From Escherichia phage BME3, in the sequence record PP239276.1: a stretch of DNA of 64,000 nt; one strand, 5' to 3'. Both the position numbers and the translations under genes were made by a program. Every line of letters begins with the position of its first letter. Positions within the stretch are counted from its first letter, which is position 1. Of this stretch, positions 27,057 to 37,398 are shown one piece after another. The notes below the pieces were generated by a model. The model was not told the DNA's origin. It saw nothing but the letters and a program-made list of their open reading frames with translations, and searched no databases.

Positions 27057-27234
27057 ACAATACGGAGAGGGTGAAGTATATAAAATATACAATAAACGTG
27101 GAGATAAACTCCTATATACAATCACAATCCCAGAAAACATGTGTAAGGCTGGTTTAGACCGTATGCTTTTCTTTAAGTATAACATTCCACCTGGAGATTA
27201 TGTAGCTAAAAAGGTGAGCACTATTGGAAAATAA
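27040..27234 (+). CDS. hypothetical protein
   Basis: 64-aa ORF. Confidence 0.35.
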   Translation: MASHGKQYGEGEVYKIYNKRGDKLLYTITIPENMCKAGLDRMLFFKYNIPPGDYVAKKVSTIGK

Positions 27235-27799
27235 AGAACCTAAAGTTATTTGGGGAGATGGAACACCTTGGAAAACTCAAGCAGCCTTTTATACATATTT
27301 AAGGGGTTGCTTAAGGAAAGCATGGGTGAGACACCCGAATAAGATAAAAAAGATCCAATCTGTACGATTTAAAGCCGATAGGTTGGACAAAGATGGCAAT
27401 GTAGTTTTAGATAAGAAAACAGGCAAACCGAAACAGGTTTGGAATTGTAAATGTGAATTGTGTGGACATACAGGAGGTATGAAAGACTTTCAAGTAGACC
27501 ATATTAATGCAGCAGGTACATTAACCTGTTATGAAGATATCCCAAGTTTTGTTTTACGCCTATTGTATGTAACAGAAGACGACCTGCGTGTAGTTTGTAA
27601 GCAGTGCAACGCTATCCTGGCTTATGCTGACAAGCACGATATGACATTCAGGGAAGCAAAAGCGGAGAAAGAAGCGATAGCTTTATGCCAGTCTAAAAAG
27701 GATAAAAATTGGCTGACGAAGCGCGGAATTTCACCAGAAAGTACAATAACTAAGCGAAGAAAACAGATAGTAAAAATTCTTCTTGACGAAGAGAAATAA
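27224..27799 (+). CDS. HNH homing endonuclease
   Basis: 191 aa; CELCGHTGG...VDHINAAG...CKQCN (HNH with flanking Cys pairs); free-standing between nucleotide-metabolism genes. Confidence 0.6.
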   Translation: MENKEPKVIWGDGTPWKTQAAFYTYLRGCLRKAWVRHPNKIKKIQSVRFKADRLDKDGNVVLDKKTGKPKQVWNCKCELCGHTGGMKDFQVDHINAAGTLTCYEDIPSFVLRLLYVTEDDLRVVCKQCNAILAYADKHDMTFREAKAEKEAIALCQSKKDKNWLTKRGISPESTITKRRKQIVKILLDEEK

Positions 27800-27844
27800 T
27801 AAAGTATTATCGCTCCCACAAATGGGAGCGTTAGAGGAGAAAAT

Positions 27845-28408
27845 ATGGCTAAACTTTATTTCCGATATAGTCCAATGAACAGTGGTAAAAGCACACATCT
27901 GCTACAAACAGCTTGGAACTATAAAGAAAGAAATATGAAAGTTCTTCTTTTAACTTCAGCTTTAGATACCAGATCTGGTTGTGCTATTGCTTCTAGGATA
28001 GGTATTAAAGAGGAAGCAAAACCAGTTAAAACAAAAGAAGATATGCTGGAAATTTATACACAGCTTAAAGAAAATCCAGTAGATGCAGTATTTGTGGACG
28101 AATCACAATTCCTAACTAAAGATATGGTTGACATTCTTGGAGATGTGGTAGATAATTACGATATTCCTGTATTCTGCTATGGACTTAAAACAGATTTTGC
28201 TACAGAATTGTTTGAAGGTTCTGAACGGTTATTAGCCATAGCAGATTCAATTACGGAATTGAAAAGCATTTGTAAATGTGGAAGAAAAGCTATTTTCAAT
28301 GCTAGACTTATCGACTCTAAAGAACAGATTGTTATTGGGGGAGAAGACATTTACGAAACGATGTGTAGAAAATGTTATAACAGGAGAAATAATGCGTCTA
28401 GTATGTGA
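27845..28408 (+). CDS. tdk: thymidine kinase
   Basis: 187 aa; P-loop SPMNSGKST, VDESQF, C-terminal CKCG...CRKC zinc ribbon typical of Tdk. Confidence 0.85.
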   Translation: MAKLYFRYSPMNSGKSTHLLQTAWNYKERNMKVLLLTSALDTRSGCAIASRIGIKEEAKPVKTKEDMLEIYTQLKENPVDAVFVDESQFLTKDMVDILGDVVDNYDIPVFCYGLKTDFATELFEGSERLLAIADSITELKSICKCGRKAIFNARLIDSKEQIVIGGEDIYETMCRKCYNRRNNASSM

Positions 28409-28982
28409 TTGGGATTTAGTAATAGCTCCTGCGGATATAGAATGGTTAAATTGGTTAAATGCGGTAAGTAGATCTAATATCGAATTTGATAAGACACATA
28501 AAACTGTGCATTATGATATTACGAAATATTTCCCTGATTTTAAAAAGCAATTTGGTGTAGATCCTTACTCTTTTTGGGATAACCAACATCTATATGATAC
28601 TATGGGAGTAGTACCTAATAGTACAGATGTTGTTCATCGTATAATTGCAAATGGAGCTAATATATCTATAGCAAGCCACACTAAGGGTGGACACCTTAGT
28701 TCTAAATATAGACACGTAACACGGTCTTTAGATAAAGTGGATTTTAGTAGAACATCTGGTAATGGTTTTTTCGCAACAAAAGAAAAATACTTATTGCCTT
28801 GCGACGTAACTATTGATGATAGGGCTGAAAATCTTGTCCTGTTTCCAGATGAAACATTGAAAATATATTTCAACACTATTTACGAAGATCCATACTTGGA
28901 AGAATTAAAGAAACTTCCTAATGTAATTATCACTGGTTTAGATAATCAGTGGGAAGAAATTGAAAGTATTTTACTACCTTAA
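28278..28982 (+). CDS. putative HAD-superfamily 5'(3')-deoxyribonucleotidase
   Basis: AGGAG RBS before internal Met near 28392 (MRLVCDWDLVIAP, DxD-type HAD motif I-like); adjacent to tdk; weak assignment. Confidence 0.4.
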   Translation: MEEKLFSMLDLSTLKNRLLLGEKTFTKRCVENVITGEIMRLVCDWDLVIAPADIEWLNWLNAVSRSNIEFDKTHKTVHYDITKYFPDFKKQFGVDPYSFWDNQHLYDTMGVVPNSTDVVHRIIANGANISIASHTKGGHLSSKYRHVTRSLDKVDFSRTSGNGFFATKEKYLLPCDVTIDDRAENLVLFPDETLKIYFNTIYEDPYLEELKKLPNVIITGLDNQWEEIESILLP

Positions 28983-28991
28983 GGAGAAATA

Positions 28992-29963
28992 ATGACAGAT
29001 TCTATTTCAGCAAAAATTATTGCACACTCTCAAACATCTGAAGGTAAGGATATTGTTACCTTTGAACTTGAATATCCTCGCATCATTCACTCTGAATTGA
29101 TGACGCATCGTTTGTTTTCTCGTAATGCTGCATCAAGTCGAGCTATCCCTGTTAAAACTCTAATTGAAATGGTACGGCAATCTCCAGCACGTCCTTATCG
29201 TTTTGGTGCTAACCAACCAGGTATGCAAGATAAAGGCACGGATCACGATGCCCTGATTGATGCAGGTTACACTGCAAAAGAATGGTGGGACTTGGCTGCG
29301 CTAAGTGCTGCACGTTTTGCAGAAGAGTTTGCCCTTGCTGGTTATCATAAACAGGTTGCAAACCGCCTACTAGAACCATTTCAGCGTATGAAGACTGTAG
29401 TAACCACTACAGAGTTAGAAAACTTCTTGTGGTTGCGCGTAGATGCTGATGCAGATCCTACTATTGAGGCTCTTGCTAAAGAAATTAAAAAACTGTATGA
29501 ATCTTCTGAACCATATCTTCTTTTCCCAGGGGAATGGCATACACCTTACGTTAATCGTGATCGAGATCCAGAAACTGGTATGATCCGTTATTTCTTGGGT
29601 GAAACCTTCTCCAACGAGAAAATGTTGACAGAAGACGAAGCAAAAGCTATTTCAGCTTCTTGTTGCGCTCAGGTAAGTTATCGTAAATTGAATGATACTA
29701 AAGATAAAGCATTAGATATCTATTCTCGTTTGCTGTCTGGACAAAAGGTACATGCATCTCCGTTTGAACACCAGGCAACGCCAATGAAAGAAATGGATCT
29801 GTCAGGATTAAAACAACAGAAAGATGGTATTAATATGCCTCCGTTCCCTTCTTCTTGGGAGGAAGGTATTACACATATGGATCGTAAACATCGTTTGTGG
29901 AGTGGAAACTTCTGTGGTTGGATTCAACATCGTCAACTTTTGACTAACCATACAAAATGGTGA
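28992..29963 (+). CDS. thyX: flavin-dependent thymidylate synthase (ThyX family)
   Basis: 323 aa; ThyX signature region ELMTHRLFSRNAASSRAIP (xHR-x7-S-SR). Confidence 0.8.
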   Translation: MTDSISAKIIAHSQTSEGKDIVTFELEYPRIIHSELMTHRLFSRNAASSRAIPVKTLIEMVRQSPARPYRFGANQPGMQDKGTDHDALIDAGYTAKEWWDLAALSAARFAEEFALAGYHKQVANRLLEPFQRMKTVVTTTELENFLWLRVDADADPTIEALAKEIKKLYESSEPYLLFPGEWHTPYVNRDRDPETGMIRYFLGETFSNEKMLTEDEAKAISASCCAQVSYRKLNDTKDKALDIYSRLLSGQKVHASPFEHQATPMKEMDLSGLKQQKDGINMPPFPSSWEEGITHMDRKHRLWSGNFCGWIQHRQLLTNHTKW

Positions 29964-29980
29964 TCAACTTAAAATTATAG

Positions 29981-30038
29981 TTGACTTTTAATTGAGATTC
30001 GTGTAGTATAGGCTAACGTTAGGAGAGCTATGCTCTCC
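29981..30038 (+). promoter_or_regulatory. sigma70-like promoter (TTGACT-N17-TAGTAT) with downstream perfect hairpin
   Basis: -35 TTGACT, 17-nt spacer, -10 TAGTAT; then GGAGAGC-TAT-GCTCTCC inverted repeat and GAAGGAG RBS before the 30061 ORF. Confidence 0.5.
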
Positions 30039-30060
30039 TTAAAAGAGAGAAGGAGAATTT

Positions 30061-30471
30061 ATGTCACTAATTAATACAACCATTTGGGCGACCGTAAGTA
30101 TGTCTACCATTAAGGCTACACCGATCTGGAAAGAAATGGCTAAAAAGCACGGAGGAAAAATTCCTCACGAGTATCATAACACTACATTGCGAGCAGCATT
30201 AGTAATGCTTGGTATGTCTACCGATGGACATTATACAGTAGAACGTGGTGTTAATATTCGTAGTAACAACAATCGACGTGTGGTGTTTGCAAATACTACA
30301 TTGTATACTTTCCCAGTTCGACAAGACTATAAATATAAGCGAATCTATCAGGGTGTAGATATTTTGCACTTTGGAGAAGAAGATTTTACAGGTTGGGGTA
30401 GCTCTCATATCAAAATGGAAGACTTCGGAAATGAACATGATCCATCACGAGATGATGATTCTGAATTCTAA
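30061..30471 (+). CDS. hypothetical protein
   Basis: 136-aa ORF with strong RBS. Confidence 0.5.
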   Translation: MSLINTTIWATVSMSTIKATPIWKEMAKKHGGKIPHEYHNTTLRAALVMLGMSTDGHYTVERGVNIRSNNNRRVVFANTTLYTFPVRQDYKYKRIYQGVDILHFGEEDFTGWGSSHIKMEDFGNEHDPSRDDDSEF

Positions 30472-30732
30472 TTGAGAGGCCAAATGACAGAAAGTAATAA
30501 ATATGAAGGCTGTGAAATTGAAGTCTATTTTGATGAAACATTAGGTTGCAATGTAACAGTTATCCTTGATACATCTAAAAGATTATCCCCAAAAAGACAA
30601 GAAGCAGACCGCAAAGCAAAGGCAAAAGGTTTTGAAGGTATAGATCATTTTGAAGGTTTTCTATACGCAAATGGCTTATATAATGAGATGCGTGGCGGTT
30701 ATGATGTAGATGTTCTAAACATGCACAATTAA
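30472..30732 (+). CDS. hypothetical protein
   Basis: 86-aa ORF immediately upstream of nrdA. Confidence 0.45.
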   Translation: MRGQMTESNKYEGCEIEVYFDETLGCNVTVILDTSKRLSPKRQEADRKAKAKGFEGIDHFEGFLYANGLYNEMRGGYDVDVLNMHN

Positions 30733-30743
30733 TAGGAGAGGAA

Positions 30744-33005
30744 GTGACTCAGTATCTAAGCAAATCTATCCGTTATGTAACAAAAACAAACGGCAAGAAA
30801 GAAGAATTTAATCCAGAAAAACTTCGTAAATGGTCAGAGTTTGCTGCTGGTAAATTAAATTGGTCTGAAATTGAACTCGAAGCTGTTAAACGTTGTTACG
30901 ACGGTGTGCCTACTCGTGATTTACATAAAGCTATGATAGCAGCATGTATTGATAAGAAAGATCAGGCATATAGTGATATGGCAGGTCGGTTACTTCTTGG
31001 TATGATCTATAAACAGGCTCATGGGGGATATCACAATATCCCCTCCCTCCTGGATTTCTACAATATGTCTGTAAGTAAAGGCTATTGGGGAAAAATGGAT
31101 TATACAGAAGAAGAAATTATTGAGATTGGTAAAATTGTCAATCACGATAAAAACCTAACTTATGGTTATTCCGTACTGCGCCAGATGGTTGATAAGTATC
31201 TTGTGAAAGATGCGATCAATGATGTTGTTTTTGAATCACCACAGTTTTTATTCATTGGTGTAGCAATGAAGGTAATGGAAATTCAACCAAAAGATCGCAG
31301 AGTAGAAGACATTAAACGTCTATATACCTACGTAAGTGATCTTAAGATTAATTTACCATCGCCTTATTTAACAACTTTGCGTACTAAGATTAAAGGTAGT
31401 GCTTCTTGTTGTCTGTTTAGAGCAGATGATACAGCAGAATCTTTAGCAATTGCTAACTATCTTGCTCATGAATATACATTGAATAATGCAGGTATTGGTG
31501 TTAACCTACAAACCCGTGCTACAGGACAAGGTGTTAAGAACAACCGTATCGTTCACGGTGGGCTTTTACCATATCTGAAATGGATGGAAACAAGTGTTGG
31601 AGCATCAAAACAAGCAAGTCGTGGTGGAAGTGCAACAGTAACGTTCACAATATTAGAGCCTGACTTTGAAGATCTGGTACGTTTGAAAAACCCAACTACG
31701 GTTAGTGAAAAACGAGTAGATAAACTTGATTACTCTATTGTAGTAAACAATGCTTTCCTGCGACGTGCAGCAAAAGGTAAAGATTGGATGTTAGTCAGTT
31801 ATGACGAAGCACCAGAACTCTATGAGGCGCTTTATAAAAGCGAGGAAGAGTTTGAAGAAGTATATGAAAAAGTTAGTCGCAAACGAATTAAGAAGAAGTT
31901 TGTAAAAGCACGAGATCTTCTGGCAGAAATTATTACACAAAGAGCAGAGACAGGACGTATTTATATGTTCTTTGCGGATAATGTTAATAAGCATACTCCG
32001 TTTAAGGATGTTATTTACCAGTCAAACTTGTGCCAAGAAATTTTCTTACCTACGAAAGCATTTCACAATATGACTGATCTTTTCACAGGTGAGAATACAG
32101 AAGATCAAGAATTGGCATTATGCTTCCTGTCTTCTATTGTAGCTGGTCGTGTTACACCAGAAGAATATGAAGATGTTGCATATTATACCGTTCTAACTAT
32201 TGATAATGTTATTGAAACAATGCAGTATCCGTTTAAACATAACGAAATCACTGCTAAAGCACGTAGGTCTATCGGTGTAGGTATTACAAACCTTGCACAT
32301 TATCTGGCAAGTAATTTTGTTACTTATTCAGATCCTTACGGCAAAAAACTAATTCACGAATTAGCAGAAAGACATTATTACTGGTTAGCAAGAGCTTCTC
32401 TTCGTTTGGCAAAAGAGAAAGGTAATGCAGAATGGATGCATAAAACCAAGTGGCCTGAAGGATGGTTGCCTATTGATACCTACGCTAAAGCTGTAGACGA
32501 TATTGGCAATTTTAAACTTAAAATGGATTGGGAAGGTTTACGACAAGATATCATTGCACAAGGTGGTATCCGAAATAGCGTATTAGCAGCTATTGCTCCA
32601 AATGAGTCCAGTAGTCTTGTAAGTAATACGACTAACTCTGTGTATCCTGTACGAGATACTATAGTTTATAAACAAAGCCAAAAAGGTAATGTTCTGTTTA
32701 TTGTGCCAGATTACGATAAACTAAAAGATATTTACCAATCGGCTTGGGATACGCCAGATAAAGATATGGCTGAAGCATATGGTCTGTTGACTAAATTCTT
32801 AGATCAAGGTGCATCATGTGATAAGTGGATTGACTACTCTAAGATGGAAGGTGGTCGTTTATCCATTAAATCAGAAATGCAATATATCCTTCAGTTTGCA
32901 AAACTTGGTGGTAAATCTTTGTACTATCTAAATAGTAGAACAAAATCGGCAACCTCACTCGCTCAAGAGGATGAAGAATCCGGTTGTGAGGCTTGTAAGA
33001 TGTAA
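30744..33005 (+). CDS. nrdA: ribonucleoside-diphosphate reductase alpha subunit (class Ia)
   Basis: 753 aa; N-terminal ATP-cone (VTKTNGKKEEFNPEKLRKW), large catalytic core, C-terminal redox Cys pair ...ESGCEACKM; GTG start with AGGAGAGG RBS. Confidence 0.9.
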   Translation: MTQYLSKSIRYVTKTNGKKEEFNPEKLRKWSEFAAGKLNWSEIELEAVKRCYDGVPTRDLHKAMIAACIDKKDQAYSDMAGRLLLGMIYKQAHGGYHNIPSLLDFYNMSVSKGYWGKMDYTEEEIIEIGKIVNHDKNLTYGYSVLRQMVDKYLVKDAINDVVFESPQFLFIGVAMKVMEIQPKDRRVEDIKRLYTYVSDLKINLPSPYLTTLRTKIKGSASCCLFRADDTAESLAIANYLAHEYTLNNAGIGVNLQTRATGQGVKNNRIVHGGLLPYLKWMETSVGASKQASRGGSATVTFTILEPDFEDLVRLKNPTTVSEKRVDKLDYSIVVNNAFLRRAAKGKDWMLVSYDEAPELYEALYKSEEEFEEVYEKVSRKRIKKKFVKARDLLAEIITQRAETGRIYMFFADNVNKHTPFKDVIYQSNLCQEIFLPTKAFHNMTDLFTGENTEDQELALCFLSSIVAGRVTPEEYEDVAYYTVLTIDNVIETMQYPFKHNEITAKARRSIGVGITNLAHYLASNFVTYSDPYGKKLIHELAERHYYWLARASLRLAKEKGNAEWMHKTKWPEGWLPIDTYAKAVDDIGNFKLKMDWEGLRQDIIAQGGIRNSVLAAIAPNESSSLVSNTTNSVYPVRDTIVYKQSQKGNVLFIVPDYDKLKDIYQSAWDTPDKDMAEAYGLLTKFLDQGASCDKWIDYSKMEGGRLSIKSEMQYILQFAKLGGKSLYYLNSRTKSATSLAQEDEESGCEACKM

Positions 33006-33381
33006 TGAAACTAGGGGGCTTTGTCCCCCTTTCTTAAGGAGGAATATGCCTACATTAGTTGTATTACCTGGAGCAACACCACAAAGACGCTGGGGAAATT
33101 ATACACTGGTAGATAGTAAAGATTTTACATTCGATTGGTGTTGTCATTATATTGCAGGTTTTCAATTTTCCAGTGTTGAAATATGGGCTTCCAATGATCC
33201 CATAGCTACCTGGTATGCTTTAACCAGGGCAAGGTATGAGGGAGAGGTTACTGTACTACTCACAAAGAGTGTATGGGATGCATTAGAGAAGGCTTACATA
33301 GAGCATGGTATGGAGAGAGAACACATTGATACAATAAAAGCAATGTGCGATATTGTGGAGGATTTAAATGGCAGCAATTAA
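32971..33381 (+). CDS. hypothetical protein between nrdA and nrdB
   Basis: AAGGAGG RBS before internal Met near 33046 (MPTLVVLPGATPQRRW...); ~111 aa, Trp/Cys-rich. Confidence 0.45.
   Translation: MKNPVVRLVRCNETRGLCPPFLRRNMPTLVVLPGATPQRRWGNYTLVDSKDFTFDWCCHYIAGFQFSSVEIWASNDPIATWYALTRARYEGEVTVLLTKSVWDALEKAYIEHGMEREHIDTIKAMCDIVEDLNGSN
33013..33035 (+). promoter_or_regulatory. GC hairpin between nrdA and the next gene (attenuator or terminator)
   Basis: AGGGGGC-TTTG-TCCCCCT hairpin followed by TTCTT. Confidence 0.4.
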
Positions 33382-34453
33382 CTTATACAACGACACTTAC
33401 AAAGAAGGTTTCTACCCTGTGTTTTTGGGAGAACAGTTAGGTATTTTTGATTCTATTAATGTAACATACCCAGAAATGCATCGTCTGTATAAACTACAAA
33501 AACAGCAAGATTGGGATGAAAACGAAGTAAACTTAGATCAGACACGAAAAGATTTCGTAGCTTGTTCTAAAAGCAACTATGATGTTATGATCAAAAACCT
33601 ATCTTTCCAATGGGAAAATGATTCACTTGCTAAATCAATCATCACTTTGTTTGCACCATTTTTAAGCAACAACGAAGCATGTGCAATGATGATGAAGCAA
33701 TCAGAAATGGAAGTTTTACACGCTTTGACATATTCTGAAATTATTCGTCAGTGTATCCCTAATCCAAATGAAGTTATCGATCAGATTATGGAGAACGAAA
33801 GAATCTTCCAGAGGATGGGTATAGTTGAAGAGATAATGAGTGATCTGGCAGAGGCAGGGCATAAGTATGCTCTAGGTCTGATTGAGAAGGATGATAACCT
33901 TCGTCTACTGATTCTGAAAGGAATGATTGCACTTATAGGTCTGGAAGGCATTCAATTCATATCATCTTTTGCTGCAACATTTGCCTTAGCAGAGCAGCAA
34001 CTGTTTGTAGGTGCAGCTAAACTCATTCAAAAAATTATGTTGGATGAACTATTGCACGTTAAAATGGATTATGCTATTATTGATGCACTGCTGAAAGATC
34101 CTGTCTGGAGAAAAGTATACGAAGATAATATCGACGTTCTGACAGAAATTCTTGACACGGTAGTTGGACAAGAGGAAGATTGGTGTGACTATCTGTTTAG
34201 TGAAGGAAGGATTATCGTTGGTGGTAACGCAGAGCTGTTCAAACTTTGGGTTTACTTCAATGCTGCGCCTATCTATCGAAGACTGAAAATGAAACACAAA
34301 TTCCGTGCACCGAAGAAAAGTCCACTGCCTTGGATGGATGTTTGGTTAAATCCAGATCAAATTCAAGCAGCAGCACAGGAGATCCAAATTACAGCTTACA
34401 AACTGAATTCAGCAAATAAAGATGTAAGTGATGACGAGGAGTTAGACTTTTAA
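33368..34453 (+). CDS. nrdB: ribonucleoside-diphosphate reductase beta subunit (class Ia)
   Basis: 361 aa; ferritin-like helices with paired E..H ligand contexts; acidic C-terminal tail ...DVSDDEELDF expected to dock onto NrdA. Confidence 0.8.
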   Translation: MAAINLYNDTYKEGFYPVFLGEQLGIFDSINVTYPEMHRLYKLQKQQDWDENEVNLDQTRKDFVACSKSNYDVMIKNLSFQWENDSLAKSIITLFAPFLSNNEACAMMMKQSEMEVLHALTYSEIIRQCIPNPNEVIDQIMENERIFQRMGIVEEIMSDLAEAGHKYALGLIEKDDNLRLLILKGMIALIGLEGIQFISSFAATFALAEQQLFVGAAKLIQKIMLDELLHVKMDYAIIDALLKDPVWRKVYEDNIDVLTEILDTVVGQEEDWCDYLFSEGRIIVGGNAELFKLWVYFNAAPIYRRLKMKHKFRAPKKSPLPWMDVWLNPDQIQAAAQEIQITAYKLNSANKDVSDDEELDF

Positions 34454-34671
34454 TGAAACTACTTTGTGTTGGATTAATTTCTGACTTCAAAGACGTTTTC
34501 GAAAAGGGAGCCTCTTACGAGGCTTCCGAATTACAGAATGGCTTCTGTGATGTTTACGGTAAACGTTTAAAAAAGAATGGTGATCATTGGCTAGGAGTTA
34601 TGTCTTGCGGTCACATTATAGTTAATGGTGTAGCCAAGTTTGAAATTATCAAAGGAGAAAAAGATGATTGA
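34453..34671 (+). CDS. hypothetical protein
   Basis: 72-aa ORF, start overlaps nrdB stop. Confidence 0.4.
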   Translation: MKLLCVGLISDFKDVFEKGASYEASELQNGFCDVYGKRLKKNGDHWLGVMSCGHIIVNGVAKFEIIKGEKDD

Positions 34672-34846
34672 TTTTGTTGATGTAGATATTAATTCTGACT
34701 TAACAGAAGATGAAGGTGGTGCTTTTGTGTGTTCAGATGGAGAAAAATGTTTTACTCTGATGGTAGAAACTTATGATGGTATCACAGAAATTCTGTTAAC
34801 AGAGAATGAGTTAAAACAGATGTTAGAAAAGATTGAGGAGCTTTAA
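34640..34846 (+). CDS. hypothetical acidic protein
   Basis: Probable start at internal MIDFVDVDIN with AAAGGAG RBS (~34664). Confidence 0.4.
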   Translation: MKLSKEKKMIDFVDVDINSDLTEDEGGAFVCSDGEKCFTLMVETYDGITEILLTENELKQMLEKIEEL

Positions 34847-34848
34847 TA

Positions 34849-34995
34849 ATGGATGATGTAAGTATTTGTCCTATCTGCGGTGGTACTGGGAATTTTATTG
34901 TTAGTATGGAACAATTTATTCCTTGTTGGAATTGTAACGGCTTAGGTTTCGTTCATACAGAAGAAAAAGAAGAGGAGGAAGATAGTGGGGGTTGA
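34849..34995 (+). CDS. small zinc-ribbon protein (48 aa, below ORF-track cutoff)
   Basis: Hand-translated MDDVSICPICGGTGNFIVSMEQFIPCWNCNGLGFVH...; CPxCG...CWNCNG; GAGGAG RBS. Confidence 0.35.
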   Translation: MDDVSICPICGGTGNFIVSMEQFIPCWNCNGLGFVHTEEKEEEEDSGG

Positions 34996-35311
34996 TATTG
35001 CATGGCGTATGTTACAGGGTGCACCTTTTAATAAATGGGAAGAGGCTGTAGGAGAAGATCCTAAAATTGAAGAAGAATTTGGTGGAGATTTGAACTGGTT
35101 CTTACAAGAAGGTCTTGATTTAAGTCGTATCTCTCCTTTCTATGATGCTGATGAATCTTATTGCATATATGGCATTTATTTAGAAGGTGGCGAAGGAAGT
35201 ATAGCTGTAGATCTTGAGCAACTAAATAAGAATGCAAAAGAAGCCTACGCACAACTTCTTGAAAAATATAACATTGAAACGGAAACTATTATTTCTCAAC
35301 ACGTTTGGTAA
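34985..35311 (+). CDS. hypothetical acidic protein
   Basis: 108-aa ORF. Confidence 0.45.
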   Translation: MGVDIAWRMLQGAPFNKWEEAVGEDPKIEEEFGGDLNWFLQEGLDLSRISPFYDADESYCIYGIYLEGGEGSIAVDLEQLNKNAKEAYAQLLEKYNIETETIISQHVW

Positions 35312-35522
35312 GGAGGATAGTAGAATGATGCTAGATCGACTGATCAATGCTCCTCGCGTAACAGTAAGTCCAAAAACATTTGCATCACTTTTAGAAGATG
35401 CTAGAGAGGTTTATAACTTTACTGAAGAAGAGATTCCTGTTCCTGTTGAAAAAGGTTCCAGATGGTTGTTTTATGAAGGTATTATTTTTACTGAAGGGAA
35501 TAATTGGAAGGAGACTAAATGA
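35232..35522 (+). CDS. hypothetical protein
   Basis: AAGGAGG RBS before internal MMLDRLINAPR near 35326; ~65 aa; directly upstream of rfbB. Confidence 0.4.
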   Translation: MQKKPTHNFLKNITLKRKLLFLNTFGKEDSRMMLDRLINAPRVTVSPKTFASLLEDAREVYNFTEEEIPVPVEKGSRWLFYEGIIFTEGNNWKETK

Positions 35523-36508
35523 AATACTTAGTAACAGGTGGTTTAGGCTTTATTGGAAGTGCAGTAGTTCGTTTCCTGGCTAAAAATACTAAGAATGATA
35601 TTTACGTTATAGATAAATGGGGTTACGCTTCAGACCCTAGAAATTTATCAGAAACACCTAATGTAAAGTTTTGTCGTGTTGACTTGACAAATGCTCAGTT
35701 AACTGCTAAGATTGTGGCAGATGTTAATCCAGATTATATAATGCATCTTGCAGCAGAAAGTCACGTAGATAATTCAATAGCATCACCGAGTGTTTTTATA
35801 AATTCAAATATTGTTGGAACATTTAATCTTCTAGAAGCTGTTCGTTTAATGGGAGATAAATCAAATCTTAAAATGTTTCATCATATTTCAACAGATGAAG
35901 TGTATGGTGATATGGAAGAAGGGGATTATCCGTTTACAGAACAGAATCCTTATAAGCCAAGTAGTCCATATGCTGCATCTAAAGCTGCAAGCGATCATTT
36001 GGTAAGAGCGTGGCATCGTACTTATGGTATTCCGACAGTTATAACAAATTGTTCAAATAATTTTGGAGCATATCATCATCCAGAAAAACTAATACCTAAA
36101 ACGATAACAAATATCTTAATGCATAAACCAATCCCTGTTTATGGTAATGGTCTTCAAGTAAGAGACTGGTTATACGTTGACGATCACGCAGAGGCATTAC
36201 ACCTAGTAGTAACTAAAGGCAAATCTGGAGAAACATATAATATTGGGAGCAGAAACCCTAGAACTAATATTGATGTAATCTATATGATTTGTGATTATAT
36301 GGATGCGGTATATCCATCTGAAACAGATGCTTGTAGCCTCATTGAGATGGTTACAGATAGGCCTGGGCATGATCTAAGATATGAAGTGAATCCTTATAAG
36401 ATTGAAAAGGAATTAGGGTGGAAAGCTAAAGGCACATTTGAAGAAAAACTTTATTCAACCATTGATTGGTATGTAGATAACAAAGAGTGGTGGGAAAATA
36501 AAGTTTAA
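35519..36508 (+). CDS. rfbB: dTDP-glucose 4,6-dehydratase
   Basis: 329 aa; SDR extended family: N-terminal [12 protein letters not shown] Rossmann motif, catalytic YAASKAASD (YxxxK). Confidence 0.9.
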   Translation: MKYLVTGGLGFIGSAVVRFLAKNTKNDIYVIDKWGYASDPRNLSETPNVKFCRVDLTNAQLTAKIVADVNPDYIMHLAAESHVDNSIASPSVFINSNIVGTFNLLEAVRLMGDKSNLKMFHHISTDEVYGDMEEGDYPFTEQNPYKPSSPYAASKAASDHLVRAWHRTYGIPTVITNCSNNFGAYHHPEKLIPKTITNILMHKPIPVYGNGLQVRDWLYVDDHAEALHLVVTKGKSGETYNIGSRNPRTNIDVIYMICDYMDAVYPSETDACSLIEMVTDRPGHDLRYEVNPYKIEKELGWKAKGTFEEKLYSTIDWYVDNKEWWENKV

Positions 36509-36516
36509 GGAGGAGT

Positions 36517-37386
36517 ATGAAAGGTATTATCTTAGCAGGTGGTAGTGGAACAAGACTTTACCCAGTTACTAAAGGGGTTAGTAAACAACTATTACCAATT
36601 TACGATAAACCTATGATTTATTATCCACTCTCTGTCCTAATGCTTTCTGGAATTAGGGAAATACTAATAATTACAACACCAGAAGATCAAATTAATTTTG
36701 TAAATCTTCTAGGTGATGGTTCTTCTTTTGGTATTTCCCTACAGTATGCAATACAGGATAGCCCAAAAGGTTTAGCAGAAGCGTTTATTATTGGTGAGAA
36801 CTTTATTGGTGAAGATTCTGTAGCACTTGTGCTAGGTGATAATTTATTCTTTGGTCAGAGTTTTGGTAGCATTTTAGATTCTGCTAAAGAACATATTGAA
36901 AAGAATGGTGGAGCTAATATTTTTGGGTATCACGTAAATGATCCTGAAAGATTTGGTGTTGTTGAGTTTGATTCTGAAGGTACAGTGGTGAGTATTGAAG
37001 AAAAACCAAAAGCACCAAAAAGCAACTATGCAATTACAGGCTTGTACTTTTACGATAATTCTGTTATACAGAAAGCTAAGAGCGTTAAACCTTCTGCTAG
37101 AGGGGAGTTAGAGATTACAGATATAAATGAGATGTACTGGAAAGAAAAGACTTTACGTGTCTGTAAACTAGGAAGAGGTTTCACTTGGCTGGATACAGGA
37201 ACACATGAAAGTCTTATGGAAGCATCTCAATTTGTTCATGCGATAGAAAAGCAACAAGGTATGAAGGTTGCATGCCTAGAGGAGATTGCTTTTAAAAATG
37301 AATGGATTACTTTAGACTCTGTAAAAAGTTCTGGAGAGGTTTTAAGTAAAACAGACTACGGTAAGTATTTACTTAAATTAAAATAA
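36517..37386 (+). CDS. rfbA: glucose-1-phosphate thymidylyltransferase
   Basis: 289 aa; [18 protein letters not shown]...[16 protein letters not shown] signature of RmlA. Confidence 0.9.
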   Translation: MKGIILAGGSGTRLYPVTKGVSKQLLPIYDKPMIYYPLSVLMLSGIREILIITTPEDQINFVNLLGDGSSFGISLQYAIQDSPKGLAEAFIIGENFIGEDSVALVLGDNLFFGQSFGSILDSAKEHIEKNGGANIFGYHVNDPERFGVVEFDSEGTVVSIEEKPKAPKSNYAITGLYFYDNSVIQKAKSVKPSARGELEITDINEMYWKEKTLRVCKLGRGFTWLDTGTHESLMEASQFVHAIEKQQGMKVACLEEIAFKNEWITLDSVKSSGEVLSKTDYGKYLLKLK

Positions 37387-37398
37387 AGGGGGAATTAA

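Noticed and set aside
30744-34453. Group I introns in nrdA, nrdB or thyX, as in T4-type phages
   Set aside because: All three ORFs are continuous full-length reading frames with no internal stops or inserted structured segments; the HNH endonucleases are free-standing.
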